The notes below the pieces were generated by a model. The model searched no databases. It was not told where the DNA came from and worked only from the letters and a program-made list of their open reading frames with translations. A DNA stretch of 64,000 nt, from the NCBI GenBank assembly GCA_041640595.1, contig JBEPZY010000008.1, forward strand, positions 72,484-136,483. Direction: 5' to 3'. Made by a program: the position numbers and the translations under genes. Shown one piece after another: positions 20,665 to 30,947 of the stretch. The DNA is from Gemmatales bacterium. GTDB lineage: Bacteria; Planctomycetota; Planctomycetia; Gemmatales; HRBIN36. Positions within the stretch are counted from its first letter, which is position 1, and the number at the start of each line of letters is the position of its first letter.

Positions 20665-20910
20665 TCTTTTCACGCTGAAGGAAGTCGCGTATTATCAGCG
20701 GCGGTGGAACGGAGACCGGAACCTTCGCTCCACCAGGCCACGGAGGGCCGGGCAGAGAAGAGGCACACCTCTCGAGCCGACTCACCCCCTTTGATTCCCA
20801 TCCGCACCACGGCTTTGTTGACCGCCTGTGCCTGGCTCGCCGAATCCTGAGAACCAGCGCTGGATGCTTGGGCAAGCCCAGCGCCTTGTCAACGGAACGG
20901 CAGGAGAGGC

Positions 20911-21981
20911 ATGAGCCGAGAAGCTGTCGTGTTGCGCGTGGATGCTGGCTATAGCTTTGGCTGGGATGCCTGGAATCGCTGTCAGGTTCTGGCCTACGGC
21001 TTGCAGAGGCGTCGCAGGCCCTGCTATTTCCTGTCGCATCTCGAACCGAATGGATTGGCTCTGAGCTTGAAGCGCAGCGGCCATGATTGGCTTGCTGCCG
21101 AACATCCGGCCGGTTCGCCCGGCGATCTCGAGCAATTGCTGCGCGAGCTGCGACGGCTGCAAGCGGTAGCGGTGATCGTGGATGCAGCGGCCATCGGGCC
21201 CGATTATCTTGCAGAATTGGCTGCGGCAGGGATTCTGGTGGTCAGTGTAGATACCCGCGCGGGTTTTCGTTCTCCCGCCCATCTGGTGCTCAACCCGACG
21301 CTCAATCGTTCCGGTCAGGAGTATGAAGTGTGTGGCGACGGACAGGTGCTATGCGGACCGCGGTATGTTTTAGTCCGGCCGGAAATCAAACGAGTGCGAC
21401 CCCAGCGCTCTCTCGAACCCCCAGAACCCACGCGAGTGGTCGTGGCCCTGGGCGATGACCAGGCGAAACTGAGCCAGGCTGTGGTCAAAACCCTGCTGGG
21501 CATGAAAACCATCGCTCGCATCGAAGTGCTCACCTGGGCCCACCACCCATGCGTAACTGCTTTGCAAAGCTGCCTCGAAAAGGAGCCAGAGCGAATCACC
21601 CTGGCCACGGAACCGTCGAGCTGGGGGCTGGCCATGATGCGCAGCCATCTCGCCATTGCTGCCAGCGGGCCATGGGCTTTGGAACTCGCCTACGTCGGTG
21701 TACCGACCATCCTCATCAGCGATCATCCCGAGCAGGAACGCACAGCGGAAACCTTGCAGGAAGAGGGAATCGCCCGCTATCTCGGACACGCCGAAGATTT
21801 CTCCCCAAGCGCCCTGCGTGCTGCCATAGAGGACCTTTTGAGCGATGCCCAGGAGCGGCACACGATGTCGCGGCTTGGTCGTGCCTACCTGGACGGTCGT
21901 GGGATTGACCGTTTCGTTCAGGCCATCGAAATTCTCCTGCACGCTCCGGCTCGGCGTCAGAGTATCAGTCAGGCGGCGTAA
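20911..21981 (+). CDS. PseG/SpsG-like GT-B fold polysaccharide biosynthesis protein
   Basis: LRVDAG...G...RC..LA, LCGPRYVLVRPE, ALELAYVGVP, YLDGRG; GGAGAGG RBS. Confidence 0.75.
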   Translation: MSREAVVLRVDAGYSFGWDAWNRCQVLAYGLQRRRRPCYFLSHLEPNGLALSLKRSGHDWLAAEHPAGSPGDLEQLLRELRRLQAVAVIVDAAAIGPDYLAELAAAGILVVSVDTRAGFRSPAHLVLNPTLNRSGQEYEVCGDGQVLCGPRYVLVRPEIKRVRPQRSLEPPEPTRVVVALGDDQAKLSQAVVKTLLGMKTIARIEVLTWAHHPCVTALQSCLEKEPERITLATEPSSWGLAMMRSHLAIAASGPWALELAYVGVPTILISDHPEQERTAETLQEEGIARYLGHAEDFSPSALRAAIEDLLSDAQERHTMSRLGRAYLDGRGIDRFVQAIEILLHAPARRQSISQAA

Positions 21982-22038
21982 AACAGGACTCGGAGCTTTT
22001 GCGGTTAGCAAAAACGTGCCCGCTTCGGAGGGCCCACA

Positions 22039-23250
22039 ATGAGCACAGAAAGCCAGGAAAAATCGGCCTGCTGGCGGCTCCTCGGTGAACGCACTCGCCG
22101 ACAACTGGAAGAACTCGATGCCTTGCTGGAACGGATGCTGGCCTTGCCACCCTTCGACCTGCCAGAAGAACAATCTTCAGACCCACCCTCGTCCAGCATT
22201 CCAGGTTCGTCGCAGAAATTGACCGCAACAGGAACGCCAGGCAACTCGGGGAGCTCGACGAGCAACTCAGGTTCGGCGCAAAACCATCCGCAGACCCCAA
22301 CATCTACCGTCTCACCAGAAAAACCATCTGCGGCATCCGTCTCAGCAGCCCCGCACGCAGGCTCTGCCAACAACACAAAAATTGCCGCTGCCGAACCAGC
22401 GGAAACCAGCAGCATCGCCCGAAGCAAGCCACCTGCGGAGGCGTTAGCACAAAGCGTCGCCATTTCCGCTGCCGCATCGGCAGGGGGAACCACTCCTGCT
22501 TCAGAACCGCCAGCGGTTTCAGAATCGGCATTGGCGGAGGCAAAGCCTGCTCCGTCCGCAGATGCCGGGATGAAGCCTAGGAACGAAACGACCAATTCGG
22601 CTGAGCAGGCCCCTGCTGTTACAATCAGTGCATCCGCAAAACGGATCGCCAGCCGACCTGTTTCGGACGGGGAATCGGTCGAGCGCGTTGCCGAACCGGA
22701 GTCGGTCGTTTCCAGAACCGCCACGCCGCGTGAAACCAGAACAGCATCGGCAACGCATTCCTCCGCCAGTGGCACTCGTCCTGTCAACAATCCAACCCTG
22801 GCAGGCCCAAAGCTCCCGGAGTCTTCGACTATTACGCCCGTCGAAAGACACGATTCAGCTGCCCCAGCGATTCGTTCTGCCGCGGATGATTCCGAATCCA
22901 AGGCCAGTGCATCCGTTCACACCGAACCGCCTTTGCAGGCTTCCAGCGAACCCCCGAAAGGTCCCGCCTGGTTACTGCGAGAGGACACAGGTCCGGGCGA
23001 TGCCGATGCTGACCGGTCGGTCGCTGACACCAGCAAAGACGCTTCCGGAAGCAACAACGGAGCAAACTCGCTTGACCAGTCACAGTCAGGCTTTCGCTGG
23101 ATCAGGCCGATTGCTGAAAATCTCGCTCAGCCTTTACGCTGGTTGTTCCTGACACCTACCGGCTCGAACGTGCTCGGTTGGATTGGCATTCTGCTATTGC
23201 TCGGTTCGGCGGCATTCTGGCTCGGAGCCTGGCTGGGCTGGCACTGGTGA
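22039..23250 (+). CDS. hypothetical protein: helical N-terminus, long S/A/P/T/E-rich linker, C-terminal TM anchor
   Basis: TRRQLEELDALLERMLALP N-terminus, low-complexity middle, LGWIGILLLLGSAAFWLGAWLGWHW C-terminus. Confidence 0.75.
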   Translation: MSTESQEKSACWRLLGERTRRQLEELDALLERMLALPPFDLPEEQSSDPPSSSIPGSSQKLTATGTPGNSGSSTSNSGSAQNHPQTPTSTVSPEKPSAASVSAAPHAGSANNTKIAAAEPAETSSIARSKPPAEALAQSVAISAAASAGGTTPASEPPAVSESALAEAKPAPSADAGMKPRNETTNSAEQAPAVTISASAKRIASRPVSDGESVERVAEPESVVSRTATPRETRTASATHSSASGTRPVNNPTLAGPKLPESSTITPVERHDSAAPAIRSAADDSESKASASVHTEPPLQASSEPPKGPAWLLREDTGPGDADADRSVADTSKDASGSNNGANSLDQSQSGFRWIRPIAENLAQPLRWLFLTPTGSNVLGWIGILLLLGSAAFWLGAWLGWHW

Positions 23251-23306
23251 TACCCTGACGCTTGCCAGTCAGGCATAGGCATTTGTGAACCGCCAGTTGC
23301 TACCGG

Positions 23307-23552
23307 TGCACTACCGTTTCGCTAACGGTAATGCAGCATGGTGCGAGACCTGCAAGTCGAGCTGGGGCGAAAGTCAGCGTGTATTACCGTTTTGCTAACA
23401 GGCAAGCCGCATAACGTCGTGGTAACGGATTACGACACGTTGTACCCTCAATTTGCACTACCGTTTTGCTAACAGTATGAAGCCAGTATCAAGGCCAGAG
23501 GCACAGTCTAACCTCAATGTGCACTACCGTTTTGCCAACAGGCAAGCCGCAT
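23307..23552. CRISPR. degenerate CRISPR-like mini-array (4 repeats, no cas genes in window)
   Basis: 22-bp core TGYAYTACCGTTTYGCYAACRG at 23307, 23380, 23454, 23520 (periods 73/74/66) with dissimilar intervening sequence; copies 3-4 preceded by CCTCAAT. Confidence 0.35.
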
Positions 23553-24194
23553 GGGCTATCCGGTGCCATTTTTCAGGGTTTTCCCGTACTACGGTGCAGT
23601 GCGGCTCCGCAAACCGGCAGGGAATATAGTTTCCGCTTCCGGGCTTAGGGTACGTTACCGCAAGCCAGCCAAACCAGCAGACGGCACGGCTGTGTTATGC
23701 TGTCCAGTGAACGATGCTGGCAGCGCAAGTTGGCCAAGCCGGGTCGTTTACTGGGTAACGCTTGGTGCTCGGATGCAAAACCATACTGGCCAGGCGGGCC
23801 GGAATACTCCCTGGGAAGCGTCGGACGGGATGTGCTTCTCTCAGGGATGGCCCTGCACGGGCCCGCAGGAGTAGCAGCCCTGGTCGGAATGGTGGTGAAG
23901 CGGGCCATCATTAACGCATTATCCCGACTGGACTAACGGCATTTTGCGGACTATAACGATTGCAATGGATGTGGGGAGATTGTGTGTCGGGTTGAGGATG
24001 GAAGGGACAGCGGGGGATAAGAATTTTCCCCCTCACACCGCTGGTTGTAACTTAGACTACAAAAGCGGGAATAACACCTGCCGGAACCGCTGGCCAGAAA
24101 AGCGACACTAATTTAAGGCAGCCATTCCCGCAAATAGACGGGCGGAGCATATCTGGCCAAACAACCTCCGAAGTTGCTGGAAAAGGAGAGGAGC

Positions 24195-27100
24195 ATGCTG
24201 CGACGGCGAGAAGTCCAACGGGGTGCGGCCCTTGCGGCGACGCTGGTCTTCTGGAGCGTGTTGCACGGCGACCCGGTCAATGTGCGAAAAGATGAACGCC
24301 CAAGTTCACCGCAGCCGACGGACCTGGGCCAGTTTTCTCAGGAAAAGTTGCGCCAAGAGGGGCTGTTGACCTATGAAACGCAGGATAAGGAAATCCTCTT
24401 TGCGCTGAAATTGCGCGTTCGTCTGAACCACACAGTTAACCAGCCGCGAGATTTCGTTGTTTTGTTCGACACCACAGCCAGTCAGGCAGGTGAAAGCTGG
24501 TTGGTGCAGCTGGCCCTGCTCAAGGAGCTTTGCCGGCAAATCAGCGACCAGGATCGCATCCGCGTGATCACTGTCAACACTCAGCCCGGCGAATTGACGG
24601 CGGGTTTCGTTCGCAAGGGCGATCCTGCACTGGAAAAGGCTCTCCAGCAGCTCTCCGACATCACGCCGATGGGTGCCGCCGATCTGAAAGCCGCTCTCGA
24701 CAAGGCCATCGAGAGCCTGGACATTCAGCCTGGCCGTCAGCCGGTGGTGGTGTACATCGGGGACGGCATGAGCAGTTTGCGGCCCATCGGCGGGCAAGAA
24801 CGCCTTCGTTATGCTGAAACTTTCAACCGCCTGCGGGTCCCCTTCTATGCCATCCCGATCGGGTTCCGCCTCGACCCTGAATTTTTGCACGGCATGACCG
24901 GAAGCACCGGCGGGGCCGTATGGCGGGTTGACATCCGTTACAGTGTGCCGGAACTGTGGAAACAATTTTTGCCGCAGCTGGAAGTGCCCGTGCTGTATCC
25001 GATCGAATATCAGTTGCCAGCGGAAGTCGCCGAAGCCTACCCGACGAAATTACCGCCTTTGCGTGCGGACACGTCAACCTTGATCGTTGGCCGCCTGCGC
25101 CAACTTCCGCAAAAATTCGCCTGGCAAGTCAAGGGTACGGTGCAGGAGCAACCGGTGCAGGTGAGCGGCGAGGAAAAAGTAGTTCCGCCGGATGTCAGTA
25201 TGTTCTTCCTCAAGGCGTTGGTAGAACAAGGCCGCAAAGATCGCGAAGCACCCGCGTTGTTACCTGCGGATCGCATGCTGGTGATGGCCCACAATCAGGT
25301 GCGAATGGTACGCGAAGAACTGCTGGCTCAAGGACGTTTGGCCATCCGCATGGATCGGCTTGACCTGGCCCGGCAACTGTTCGAGCAAGCGCAGCAGCTG
25401 GTGCCTCACGACCCGGAAGCCCGAGCCGCCGTCCGTTTGGTCGAACGGTTGCAGCAAGCTCCCGATGCAGCCCAGCGGCGTGAGCTTCTCGAACGGGGCT
25501 TAGCGCAAGCCGGACCAGCAGGCGGCGGTGGAGCCGCAGCCGCACAGCCCAACGCCAAGCCCGACCCGCAAGCCGAGGATTTACTGCGCCGTCAGGAGCA
25601 GATCATTCGCATCCTCGAGCAGCAACTCAAAAACGACATTGACGAAGCGTTACGGCAGCTGGATCGGCCATTGACAGCGGCAGAAGCTAACGAGTGGCTG
25701 GCGCGGCTGAAACTTTTGACCGAAACCGTCCAGCGCGAAACGCAGATCGGCCCGCAGGTCAGAGAACAATTATTGCAGCGCCTGGCTGCAGCGATGCGTC
25801 AACTTGAGCGCCGATTAGACGAACAACGTCGTCGCGAAGCCGAAGCTCAGGCGCGAGAAATGCAGGCTCAGGAACTGGCTCGCCGTCAGGAACAGGTACT
25901 GGATGAACAGGCCCGCGTGCGGCAACTGATGCAGCAGTTCCATGCCCTGGTGCAGGCGAATCGGCTCATGGAAGCGTATCGCAAGGGCTTACAGATCGCG
26001 CAAGCGACCCCGGGTGAGTCGATCGGTGTGGCGACGTCGAGTCAGGCCTTAGCTTCGCGGTATCTAGGTGAATCCCAACGTCTGGTTCAGGAACGGCAGG
26101 CAAAGTACCTGGCCGCCATGCTGGAAATCGAACGCTCGCATGTGCCCTTCCCGGACGAGCCGCCTATCACGTTTGCTCCTGCCAGCTTTTACGAAACCAA
26201 GATTTTCCGCAACTGGAACGAATTATCACGACACCGTATCAAGCGGTGGCTGGTCAGCTATCTGGGCGAAGCACCATCGGAACGTGCTCAGGAAATCGAA
26301 CGGATGCTGTCGCAACCAAGTCCGCTTCTGGATCGCGACTTCCCCGCTGACACTCCGCTAAACCTGGTTCTGGAAACCATCGAGAAGAAGCTCAACCTTC
26401 CGATCCGCATAGACTTTGAGGCTTTCGGTGAAGAAGCGGCGAAATTTGATCCGCAGCAGATGACGCTCAAAAAGGCTGTGCGGGTCAGAAATATGTCGCT
26501 GGGGATGATCTTGCACGATGCGCTGGCCAGTGTCGAACCCCAGGCCACTTATATCATCCGGCGGGATACCATCGAAATTACCAGTCCGCAAAAGGCCATC
26601 GCTGAAAAGGTTCTTCGCGTGTATCCCGTGCCGGAACTGGTTTTGCCACCGCTATTCGGAGGCAACCCGTTCCAGCTCAACACCATGATTTTCGGCTTTG
26701 GTTTCCAGATGGGCGTGCCCATGATGATGTGGGGGATGATGATGGGTATGCCTGGCATGATGATGGGCATGCCCGGCATGATGATGGGTATGCCTGGCAT
26801 GATGATGGGTATGCCCGGCATGATGATGGGAATGCCCGGCATGATGATGGGCATGCCTGGCATGATGATGGGGTTCCCCGGCATGATGATGATGGGCGGT
26901 ATGATGATGGGTATGATGATGGGCATGCCCGGCATGATGATGGGAATGCCCGGAATGATGATGGGGTTCCCCGGCATGATGATGATGGGTGGCATGATGA
27001 TGGGCATGATGATGGGTATGCCCGGCATGATGATGATGGGCGGTATGATGATGGGCGGCATGATGATGGGTGGCATGATGATGGGTGGTTTGATGGCCAT

Positions 27101-28856
27101 GGGCGGACCTAACCTGTTTGCAACCAATAGCGCGCCCATGCTCATCGAGCTTATCAAGCAAGTCGTTGGCGGGCCGGGCGACTGGTATATTGACCCGATG
27201 AACATGATGATGCTGACCATGATGGGCCAGCAGCCGCCACAAGACTACAACCCTCTTCTGGCCAATTACATCGGTTACTATGACCCGGCGTTTGCACTGG
27301 TGGTAAGGGCGACAGCGCGCCTGCATGAGCGCGAAACCCGCACGTTGACTTTGCCGGCAGCCGCAGGGGGCGGCGGTGCTGCTGGGGGTATGGGGCAAGC
27401 GGGTCATGGGGAACGCCATTTCGCCCACGCCGATATTGTCCGCGACGTCGAGGGAGTCATTGGCGGATTGGTGGGTGCACAGGCTTTGCGAGGCCGTGGG
27501 AAGGTAGTCGCTGCTCAGCTGGATGCAAAGAAGGCCTGGCAGGAGGCTCTGGCACGCAGCGATAAACCGGTGGATGCGGATGTGCTCTTTGCTGGGGCTG
27601 CTGCGCTGGCCGCCAGTGGGCACTGGAATCACGCGGCTGAGTTACTCAAAGCCGGTTTGCGTCAGGGTGGCGTAGCCCGCGACTGGATGTTCGAAGCAAT
27701 CGCCCTGGCTATTCGCATTCAGCACGGCGACCCGGAGGAAGAAGTTCGGTGCCTGCTCTCCGCAGCGGATTTGCGGCCCAGCGATGCTTTCGGTTTGCTC
27801 CAGGGCGCTGAAGTGCTGGCACGGCATGGCAAATACGCCCCGGCTATCTCGCTGACTCGATTGGCTGCTGAGCAAAACCCTGAATTGCCGCATCCGTACC
27901 TGTTCGCCCTGCAACTGGCGAGCAAAGCGAAGGACGTGCCCACGGTACGCTGGGCGGCGATGGAATTGCTCCGCCGCGATTGGCCCATCCAGTGTGCTGA
28001 ACTTCACGCTACCGCTCAACGCACGCTCGAAGACCTGGCGGAAGCATTGCGGAAAGAAGGTCGCGCTCCGGATGCCGAAGCGCTTGCCCTGCCCGCAGCA
28101 CAAATCCAGCGCCGCGATCTCGTGATTCGGCTGTTGTGGACTGGAAACGCCGATCTCGATCTGGAAATTTCCGAACCCTCCGGAAGCACCTGTTCCCTCA
28201 CCCAGCGAGTAACTGCCAACGGTGGCAGTTTGCAAGCTGATTTTGATGCGGAACATCAGACCGAAATCTACAGCGTCGCAGAAGGTTACTCCGGCGAATA
28301 TCGCGTGACCGTCAAACCGCGCTGGGGTAAGCCGGTGGCCGGCAAAGCGGTCGTCGAAATCATCACGCATCAGGGCACGCCCAACGAGCAGATTCGCCGC
28401 GAGATGATCACCGTGGCCAGGGAGCCGGTAACCCTGACCGTGCAGCTGCGCGACGGCCGACGCCAGCAACCTGCACCGGTAGCGCCGCTGGAAGCTTATC
28501 GCCTGGGCATTGACCCATTCTATCGGCCGACCTGGCCGGTCCCCGGTGCTGAGATGCTGCGGCAGTTAGCGGTTCCTATCACCACGGGTATTGAAATACG
28601 TCGCTCGCCGTTCGGCCCGACCAGTATGGCCGATCCTTTGCCGCGACCAGGCGATGACGATAACTCCGGCCCGCAACTTGGGCCCGGTGGTGCGCCAGGC
28701 GTAGTGGTCATACCCGCCGGTGCCCTGGTCAATACGCAAGCTCTGGTCCATAGCGACCGTCGCTACGTTCGCCTTTCCGCAAACGTGACCTTCAGTGGCA
28801 TTACAGGTTTTGTGCCTGTGCCGTTGGCCAGCCTCAGCCCTGGCATACGGCCGTAA
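24195..28856 (+). CDS. large exported multidomain protein (vWA-like, TPR/coiled-coil, secretin-N-like, poly-Met insert, YfaP/DUF2135-like)
   Basis: AGGAG RBS; FVVLFDTTASQ (MIDAS-like) and VVYIGDG; YIIRRDTIEITS...LRVYPV; LLWTGNADLDLEISEPSG; ALVHSDRRYVRLS. Confidence 0.85.
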   Translation: MLRRREVQRGAALAATLVFWSVLHGDPVNVRKDERPSSPQPTDLGQFSQEKLRQEGLLTYETQDKEILFALKLRVRLNHTVNQPRDFVVLFDTTASQAGESWLVQLALLKELCRQISDQDRIRVITVNTQPGELTAGFVRKGDPALEKALQQLSDITPMGAADLKAALDKAIESLDIQPGRQPVVVYIGDGMSSLRPIGGQERLRYAETFNRLRVPFYAIPIGFRLDPEFLHGMTGSTGGAVWRVDIRYSVPELWKQFLPQLEVPVLYPIEYQLPAEVAEAYPTKLPPLRADTSTLIVGRLRQLPQKFAWQVKGTVQEQPVQVSGEEKVVPPDVSMFFLKALVEQGRKDREAPALLPADRMLVMAHNQVRMVREELLAQGRLAIRMDRLDLARQLFEQAQQLVPHDPEARAAVRLVERLQQAPDAAQRRELLERGLAQAGPAGGGGAAAAQPNAKPDPQAEDLLRRQEQIIRILEQQLKNDIDEALRQLDRPLTAAEANEWLARLKLLTETVQRETQIGPQVREQLLQRLAAAMRQLERRLDEQRRREAEAQAREMQAQELARRQEQVLDEQARVRQLMQQFHALVQANRLMEAYRKGLQIAQATPGESIGVATSSQALASRYLGESQRLVQERQAKYLAAMLEIERSHVPFPDEPPITFAPASFYETKIFRNWNELSRHRIKRWLVSYLGEAPSERAQEIERMLSQPSPLLDRDFPADTPLNLVLETIEKKLNLPIRIDFEAFGEEAAKFDPQQMTLKKAVRVRNMSLGMILHDALASVEPQATYIIRRDTIEITSPQKAIAEKVLRVYPVPELVLPPLFGGNPFQLNTMIFGFGFQMGVPMMMWGMMMGMPGMMMGMPGMMMGMPGMMMGMPGMMMGMPGMMMGMPGMMMGFPGMMMMGGMMMGMMMGMPGMMMGMPGMMMGFPGMMMMGGMMMGMMMGMPGMMMMGGMMMGGMMMGGMMMGGLMAMGGPNLFATNSAPMLIELIKQVVGGPGDWYIDPMNMMMLTMMGQQPPQDYNPLLANYIGYYDPAFALVVRATARLHERETRTLTLPAAAGGGGAAGGMGQAGHGERHFAHADIVRDVEGVIGGLVGAQALRGRGKVVAAQLDAKKAWQEALARSDKPVDADVLFAGAAALAASGHWNHAAELLKAGLRQGGVARDWMFEAIALAIRIQHGDPEEEVRCLLSAADLRPSDAFGLLQGAEVLARHGKYAPAISLTRLAAEQNPELPHPYLFALQLASKAKDVPTVRWAAMELLRRDWPIQCAELHATAQRTLEDLAEALRKEGRAPDAEALALPAAQIQRRDLVIRLLWTGNADLDLEISEPSGSTCSLTQRVTANGGSLQADFDAEHQTEIYSVAEGYSGEYRVTVKPRWGKPVAGKAVVEIITHQGTPNEQIRREMITVAREPVTLTVQLRDGRRQQPAPVAPLEAYRLGIDPFYRPTWPVPGAEMLRQLAVPITTGIEIRRSPFGPTSMADPLPRPGDDDNSGPQLGPGGAPGVVVIPAGALVNTQALVHSDRRYVRLSANVTFSGITGFVPVPLASLSPGIRP
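26721..27107 (+). repeat. coding 21-bp tandem repeat encoding (PGMMMGM)n, with a 93-bp higher-order duplication
   Basis: ATGATGATGGGNATGCCYGGN units; GGGTTCCCCGGC recurs at 26871 and 26964. Confidence 0.95.
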
Positions 28857-29048
28857 TGCCTTCCGAGTCATTCTGGCTAGCCCTACCATCTGGACGCTAG
28901 CCCCGGCCGGACGCCAACGGACAACTCGTCGCTCAGATAACCAACCGCCTCATGCGTGGAATCGGTCGCCAAGGAAGCGGCAAAGCAACAGGAAGATCAC
29001 AGAATCGCACTGGCATAGTCGGCCGTTTCTGCCCCAATTGTCGCCGCG

Positions 29049-29636
29049 TTAAGGAGTCGGTTTGCTCGGCGCGGTTACGTTGTCACTCGTACCAGCGGGG
29101 ATGGACGAGCTGGCAGCACGGCTGCGAGCATCCAGATCGGCTTTGGTGTACAAGACCAGTCCTGCTCCGACAGCTGCCAGAATGATGCCAACATAAAACA
29201 GCGGGCCGGGACGCAGTCCCGCCGCAGGCGGATGCCAGGCCAGGCTGACCAGCGTATTGACGATTGGGGCACCCGCGAAAACCAGCGGAGCGATAAACAG
29301 AGGACTGCCACCGTTTTTGATGGAAAGGATAATGCACAAGGCTCCCGCGGCGCCGGCAGCACCGGCCAGGGTCGCAAAACTAATGCCTCGCCAGTTGATC
29401 TGACCCTGACGCCAGAATTGCAACCGTTCGCCGCCAGCCAGGTCGAAGTGAAGCAACAGCAACGGCACCACCACCGCCGTCACAAAATACGCCAGGCCCA
29501 CACACAAAAACGCGCGCACCGCACCGGCCGGTGGTCGGCCTTCACCCAGTTCCTTCTGGCCCTCGTGCAAAGTCGGAACATATACTCCCCACGATAAAAT
29601 CGCCCCCAGCACAAAAGCCAGCCATAGCATCTTCAT
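29049..29636 (-). CDS. DMT/EamA-like membrane protein
   Basis: GAGGAG RBS; about 5 TM helices; LSWGVY, AFLCVGLAYF, GAAGALCII, PLVFAGAPIVN. Confidence 0.75.
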   Translation of the reverse strand: MKMLWLAFVLGAILSWGVYVPTLHEGQKELGEGRPPAGAVRAFLCVGLAYFVTAVVVPLLLLHFDLAGGERLQFWRQGQINWRGISFATLAGAAGAAGALCIILSIKNGGSPLFIAPLVFAGAPIVNTLVSLAWHPPAAGLRPGPLFYVGIILAAVGAGLVLYTKADLDARSRAASSSIPAGTSDNVTAPSKPTP

Positions 29637-30947
29637 GGCTCTCCTCAAAAGTCCTGACGGCCAGTTATCGCCTCGTTTCGATCGTAAATGGGCTACGGAC
29701 GATGGCTGCTGAAAAGTCGCACCACAATTGCCCGAAAATTCGCTACCACGCCGGACACACGATTCGGCAGCTATTGCTGACAAGGAATGCCCGTTTGATC
29801 CCGGCGAGTTGCTGCGGATTGTATTCGGACAAAAACTCGCTAACAAGATGCCTGCCATGGACGCGCCCTAACTTGAACGCACATTCGTATCGCCTGAGAC
29901 GAATTGCAAACGCCGCGATTTCCAACCCTGCAAAACGCCTTTGCACGTTCAGCTTCATCGCATCATGGGTGCGTAACAAGCAAAGGCCGCGATGCCGGCA
30001 CAGGTCGAACGCTCGCCAGCCAACCGATGCGATCCCGACGACCGGCCCCCGCTCGGTAACCTTTCCTGGCGGAAAACTGGATCAGCACATACCCAGGACA
30101 TTTCGCTAGCGATTGGCTCTCAAAAAAGCATTCCTTGCTGGAAGAGCAGGCAGTCGCACTGCGTCCTGTGCTCTGGTTTCCGCCAGCCGACAGCATGCTT
30201 GCCTTGCAGAAAATGGCATTCCCTCGCGGCGCAACGGATGTGGGATTGGCTCAGCTTGTCGAAACGACGTGGCGTTTCACGGCCAGTGATCGTGTTTTCG
30301 CAACTACGCTGCCCGAACGCACGGGAAAACCGGTCACAACACGGCTGTGCTCGCGTCCCACCGCACCTCATTCTCCATAGCGTTGTTGCCGGCTTGTCCG
30401 CAGGGAGAAAGTTCGCAACAACGGCTAAGGCAGGCGGATATGCGCAACGAAGCCGCCTTCTGTGCCAATTGGGCTAACCAGGAGCGCTAAACTCCCGGAT
30501 ACGAGCCCGGAATACGACGAAGCACCGTGCTTCTGAGTCCCATCGGGGAGCCTGCACCGCAAAACTGGCCAGCGAACGTGCGCATGGGCGGTGATGTTTT
30601 TCGGGAGCATCGCCAGACGGTGCGCTATTTTCCCACCCCGGACGGTGAGCGATTGTGTCTGGCGCAACGCTTTCGGAAGCGGCTGGCTACACCATCGCGC
30701 ATCCGGCAAACGACGCAGTTGCGGCGGTTCTTGGTCAGGCGGCTTTTTCTTTCGTTACCTTGGACAGGTGGTTCTGCAATCGGTCGAGTATTTTTTTCAG
30801 ATGGGCAATCTTGCGGTCCACCCGCTGGAGACGCCGCAGCAATACTTGCCGTTTCTTTTCCTGCATGCTGGCCATGCTCGTTTCCTCCTGCCTTGTGGCG
30901 AATAGATTTGGCTTGTCCGCAAACCGAAAGCGGCATTAACTGCATCG

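Noticed and set aside
22005..22901. 298-aa minus-strand ORF
   Set aside because: Antisense to the low-complexity protein, with no independent features
26549..27632. His-rich, Ile/Pro-rich and Asp-rich ORFs in other frames
   Set aside because: Alternative-frame shadows of the poly-Met repeat; the Met frame is continuous with domains on both sides
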